Source: Azolla caroliniana (taxonomy: Eukaryota; Plantae; Polypodiophyta). From it: a stretch of 64,000 nucleotides of DNA. The position numbers and the translations under genes were made by a program. The notes beneath the pieces are model-generated. The model did no database searches, was not told the DNA's origin, and worked only from the letters and a program-made list of their open reading frames with translations. Positions 60,132 to 64,000 of this stretch are shown one piece after another (the first letter of the stretch is position 1; every line of letters starts with the position of its first letter). Location of the stretch: positions 12,710,001 through 12,774,000 of the forward strand of contig JBHGNT010000016.1 of the NCBI GenBank assembly GCA_043228905.1, written 5' to 3'.

Positions 60132-62481
60132 TGTGGAGAACTGCGGAATATTGCTTGGCCACAACCGAGTGTTGAATCACAGAAATGGAAAGAATGAGAG
60201 AGTACATAGTAATGACACAGGAAGTTGACGTGGAAAACCCTGAATGGGAAAAACCACAGGAGCCCACGGACTCCAACTATGATTATATGAAAGGAAATAC
60301 AAAGTGAAGGCATAGAGGCAATGACCTCGTGCTCGTGGTCTTCACCAGACGGCGGTTACAACAGAGAGTGCTCGTAGCTACTCTCATGCGCTCTCTCTCT
60401 CTCTGTATCGCTCTCTATATAGTAGTTATGCACCTACAACAATATCAACAACAACATTTTTAAATGATTGCCCTAAGTCATATTTATACCAGTATGAACT
60501 TAGGGCTATTTACAAATATAGCCTCAATAGGCTTACAAAAAGAAAACATATTTTCGGATATGACTTCTCTTCCAATTCTCATCGGGTCCTCTTTATTCAT
60601 CATCGGATCCCATCCGGAGAGACCGATTTCCCAACAATCTCCCCCTTCACTCCGGCATGGGATATCTTGTTAGCCCTATCTGCTTTCGGCACGCGTCCAG
60701 CTTGTCGGTTGTCAGGACCTTGGTCAGCATGTCCGACCCATTCTCCTCCGTGTGGATCTTCGTTAGCACAAACTTTTGATCTTCTACTCTCTCCCAGATC
60801 CAGTGGTACCTGCACTACATATGTTTTGTCTGGGAATGGTAGGCCGCGTTCTTTGCAAGGTGGATGGTGCTTTGACTATCGCAATAGAGCCGATATTCCT
60901 CTTGTTGGATCCCTAGCTCTCTGATGAAGTCCTTCATCTAGATTATCTCCTTGCCGGCTTCTACAGCTGCCATGTACTCCGCCTCCGTGGTTGACAACGC
61001 AACCGTCGTCTCCAGCCTCGACTGCCATGATACAACTCCCCTTGCATAAGTCATTACATATCCGGATGTAAACCGGTTGGTATCCGCATCAGCCGACATA
61101 TTCGAATTCATGAATCTCTCAAGTTGGGGATTACTGGAACCAAACCGGAGCCACATGCTCGAAGTGCCTTTCAGATATCAAAGTATCCACTTGAGCGCGT
61201 TCAAATGCTCTTTGCTGGGATTGCTCATGAACCGGCTCACCACTCGGAGTGCATATCGGATATCCGGTCGAGTACATAGCATTGCGTACATCAAGCTCCC
61301 GACGGCAGAGGCATATGGTATCTTCATCATATCCGCCTTCTCTGCCTTTGTCCACGGGCATTGTTTTCTGGATAGCTTGCAATTTGCCAGAAGTGTCGAT
61401 CCGACCGGTTTTGACTCCGACATGTTGAACCGTTGAAGTGCCTTTGTCACATACTTCTCCTGTGATAGCCACAACCGCTTCTTCGACCGGTCCCGGATGA
61501 TGTGTATTCCCAATATCTGTCTTGCTGGTCCCAAGTCTTTCATTGAGAAGGTCCGGTTCAAAGCCTTCTTCAGCGTCCGAATCTTGCCTTGATCTCGTCC
61601 AACGATTAGCATATCATCCACATACAGGAGGAGTATCAAGAAATCTTCTCCATCAAATTTCTTCACAAACACGCAGTGATCGGTCTGCGGCTTGTGGTAC
61701 CCTTGGTTGGTCATGAAGGAGTCGAACTTTCGGTACCATTGCCGGGGAGCTCGCTTCAGTCCGTATAAGCTCTTCTTCAACCTGCACACCAGGTGCTCCT
61801 TCCCTTTCTTCTCAAATCCTTCAGGTTGTTGCATGTAGATCACCTCTTCTAGGTCACCATGGAGGAATGCTATCTTCACATCCAGTTGCTCTACTTTGAG
61901 GTCCATGCTTGACACTATGCCCAATACCATCCGGATGGATGTCATCTTTACTACCGGGGCAAAGATCTCATCGAAGTTTACTCCTTTCTTTTGTTGGAAG
62001 CCCTTTACCACGATTCGGGCCTTATACCTCGGTGGATTTCCGGCATCTCCTGGTTTCAGCTTGTACACCCACTTGTTCCGGAGTGCTCTCTTCCCTTTCG
62101 GCAACTCCGTCAGTTCATATGTGTGGTTCTCATGTAGGGAATCCATCTCATCCTCCATGGCACTCCACCACTTGCGAATGTGGGTGTCTCCCCTTGCTTC
62201 TTCAAAGCTTTCCAGCTCCCCCTCATCGGTTAGCAACACATATTGTGCATCTGGAAATCTCCGGGGGGCTTTTCTCTCCCAGAGAGGATATCTCCATCCT
62301 TGGTTTCTGACTGCTGATTCCTCCGTCTGTTCTGAATCTGAATCGGATTTGGGATTTTGTCTGGTCCCGATGTCTTCTTCTTCTTCTTCTTCGGTCAGTT
62401 CGGTTTGTTGTCTGAATCTGGCCGGTTCGTCGATGTCATCCGGTTACCGGCTAACATCCGGCTTTCAACTGGGTAGGTCCT
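60132..62481 (-). mobile_element. 3' part of a Tnt1/Tork-like copia element (3' LTR about 60132-60636, PPT, RT-RH)
   Basis: ORF 61178-62239 with YVDDML; related to 24351-37157. Confidence 0.88.
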
Positions 62482-64000
62482 TGTGTCCTCAAGCTGGTTT
62501 TTATTGGATGATCCTGTTGAAGACAAAGGCCGTCAATGCGGAAGATCAAATAGCATTCGATTCGTGGTTGAGTACCTGCGTATGACAGTTTCCAAGATCG
62601 TGCACAGAGAGAGAGAGAGAGAGAGGAGGCACAAAAGACTCTTTCTATTCAATAGAATCAATAATACAACCCAACCTTACAAAAAGGTTACAAGGTCACT
62701 ATATATAGTGACCGACTTAGGGCAACTACCATTTATGCTAATTACACAAATGGCCCAAACTTGATCTATACAAAGGGATAGTGTGAATACGTCCATTATA
62801 CACTTGTATTCGACACTCCCCCGTAATGGGCGTATACATGGGTTATCTAAGATTACAGGTATAAACCTAGGTTCTCGGACATATCAGTTTTGTTCGAGTC
62901 GGCAGGGTCCGAAGGCAGAAGACTGGACTGGTCGGGTCAGAAGAGTTGAAGCCGATCATTAGGGAACTGATGTCGGTTGTCTGAAACCATCCTGCGCTGT
63001 GTCCGGCTCTAACCGGACTGGTTTGTCGTTACGCCCATCTGATGCCGAAGGGACCGAAAGCGGTCTGCCGAAAGACACTTGGTCATTCCATCTGCGACAT
63101 TGTCGGTTGTAGATATTTTCTCTAGACCGATTTTCCCTGAAATGACGCAGTCCCGAACGAAGTGATATCGAACGTCGATATGTTTGGAGGCGTTGTGGTG
63201 AACCGGATTTCTCGACAAGGCAACAGCACCTTGACTGTCGCTATAGACAACTGGAGCCGAGTCATGGTCGACTTGCCGAAACGTGTGCGCCAGCCGGCCG
63301 AGCCACAAAGCTTCTTTTGCAGCGTCGGACGCAGCTACATATTCTGCTTCGGTCGTTGAGGTCGCTGTGCACTCCTGAAGTTTCGACTTCCACGAAATTG
63401 CTCCATTGCCGAATTTGAAGCAGTATCCGGTTGTTGATTTCCGACTGTCTATACAGCCGGCGAAGTCCGAGTCGGTGTAACCGACTACGCCTGAGGTTGA
63501 GTTCGGACTGAAAAGAATGCCGTGATCTTTTGTGCCAGCCAGATATTTGAACACATGCTTGACTGCGTTCCAATGCGATCGGCCAGGATTGTGCATAAAT
63601 CTGCTAACGACTCCTACGGCATGAGAAATATCAGGCCGTGTCGCGACCATCAGGTACATAAGGGAGCCGACTGCCGGTGCATACGGTACCGACTTCATAT
63701 CTTCCCCCTCCGGTCCGGATGTCGGGCAGTCTCGCTGAGAGAGCCGAAGATTCATGGGGAGTGGGGTTGAAGCAGATTTGGCTGATTGCATGTTGAAGCG
63801 TTCCAAGACACGTCCGATATAGTCGGTCTGAGACAAAAAAAGATGTCGTTTATCGCGATGCCGACTAATCTTCATGCCAAGTATGTGTCGTGCCGGACCG
63901 AGGTCCTTCATGGCAAACTTCAACCGCAATTGCCGAATGAGATCGGCAAGTTCGCCCGCGTGGCGTCCAGAAATTAGCATGTCGTCCACGTAAATGATGA
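62482..64000 (-). mobile_element. 3' end of another copia element (LTR 62482-62815, PPT, RT-RNase H), continuing beyond the window
   Basis: TG...CA LTR followed by CTCCCCC; intact ORF 63009-63989. Confidence 0.88.
63009..63989 (-). CDS. pol: Copia RT C-terminus and RNase H (partial, open at window edge)
   Basis: YVDDML, GYTDSDFAG, STTEAEY, KHIDVRYHF. Confidence 0.92.
   Translation of the reverse strand: MDDMLISGRHAGELADLIRQLRLKFAMKDLGPARHILGMKISRHRDKRHLFLSQTDYIGRVLERFNMQSAKSASTPLPMNLRLSQRDCPTSGPEGEDMKSVPYAPAVGSLMYLMVATRPDISHAVGVVSRFMHNPGRSHWNAVKHVFKYLAGTKDHGILFSPNSTSGVVGYTDSDFAGCIDSRKSTTGYCFKFGNGAISWKSKLQECTATSTTEAEYVAASDAAKEALWLGRLAHTFRQVDHDSAPVVYSDSQGAVALSRNPVHHNASKHIDVRYHFVRDCVISGKIGLEKISTTDNVADGMTKCLSADRFRSLRHQMGVTTNQSG

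Overview
Plant nuclear DNA, probably from a non-seed land plant (inferred from the element types). The window is almost entirely nested LTR retrotransposons and has no intact host gene. It holds four groups of elements. (i) Several Ty3/gypsy elements primed by tRNA-Trp, with TGTCG...GACA termini and 4-bp TSDs that all read NCGT; these include a young gag-only element (15052-18678) and solo LTRs. (ii) Five Ty1/copia elements or fragments, plus copia solo LTRs. (iii) A near-intact chromovirus (26574-33686). (iv) A very young non-chromovirus Ty3/gypsy element (49479-59318) with gag, pol and a 989-aa third ORF, and a related non-autonomous element (10077-13756) carrying captured RGLG and CYPRO4/DEM gene fragments. 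The most unusual observation concerns group (iv). Neither element has a polypurine tract before its 3' LTR. Each instead carries a copy of what looks like the 3' half of tRNA-Arg(UCU), from the T-arm to CCA, interrupted by a covarying 13-nt hairpin. This amounts to a second, inward-facing primer-binding site and suggests that both DNA strands are tRNA-primed. All tRNA and protein-family identifications are from recall and need database confirmation.
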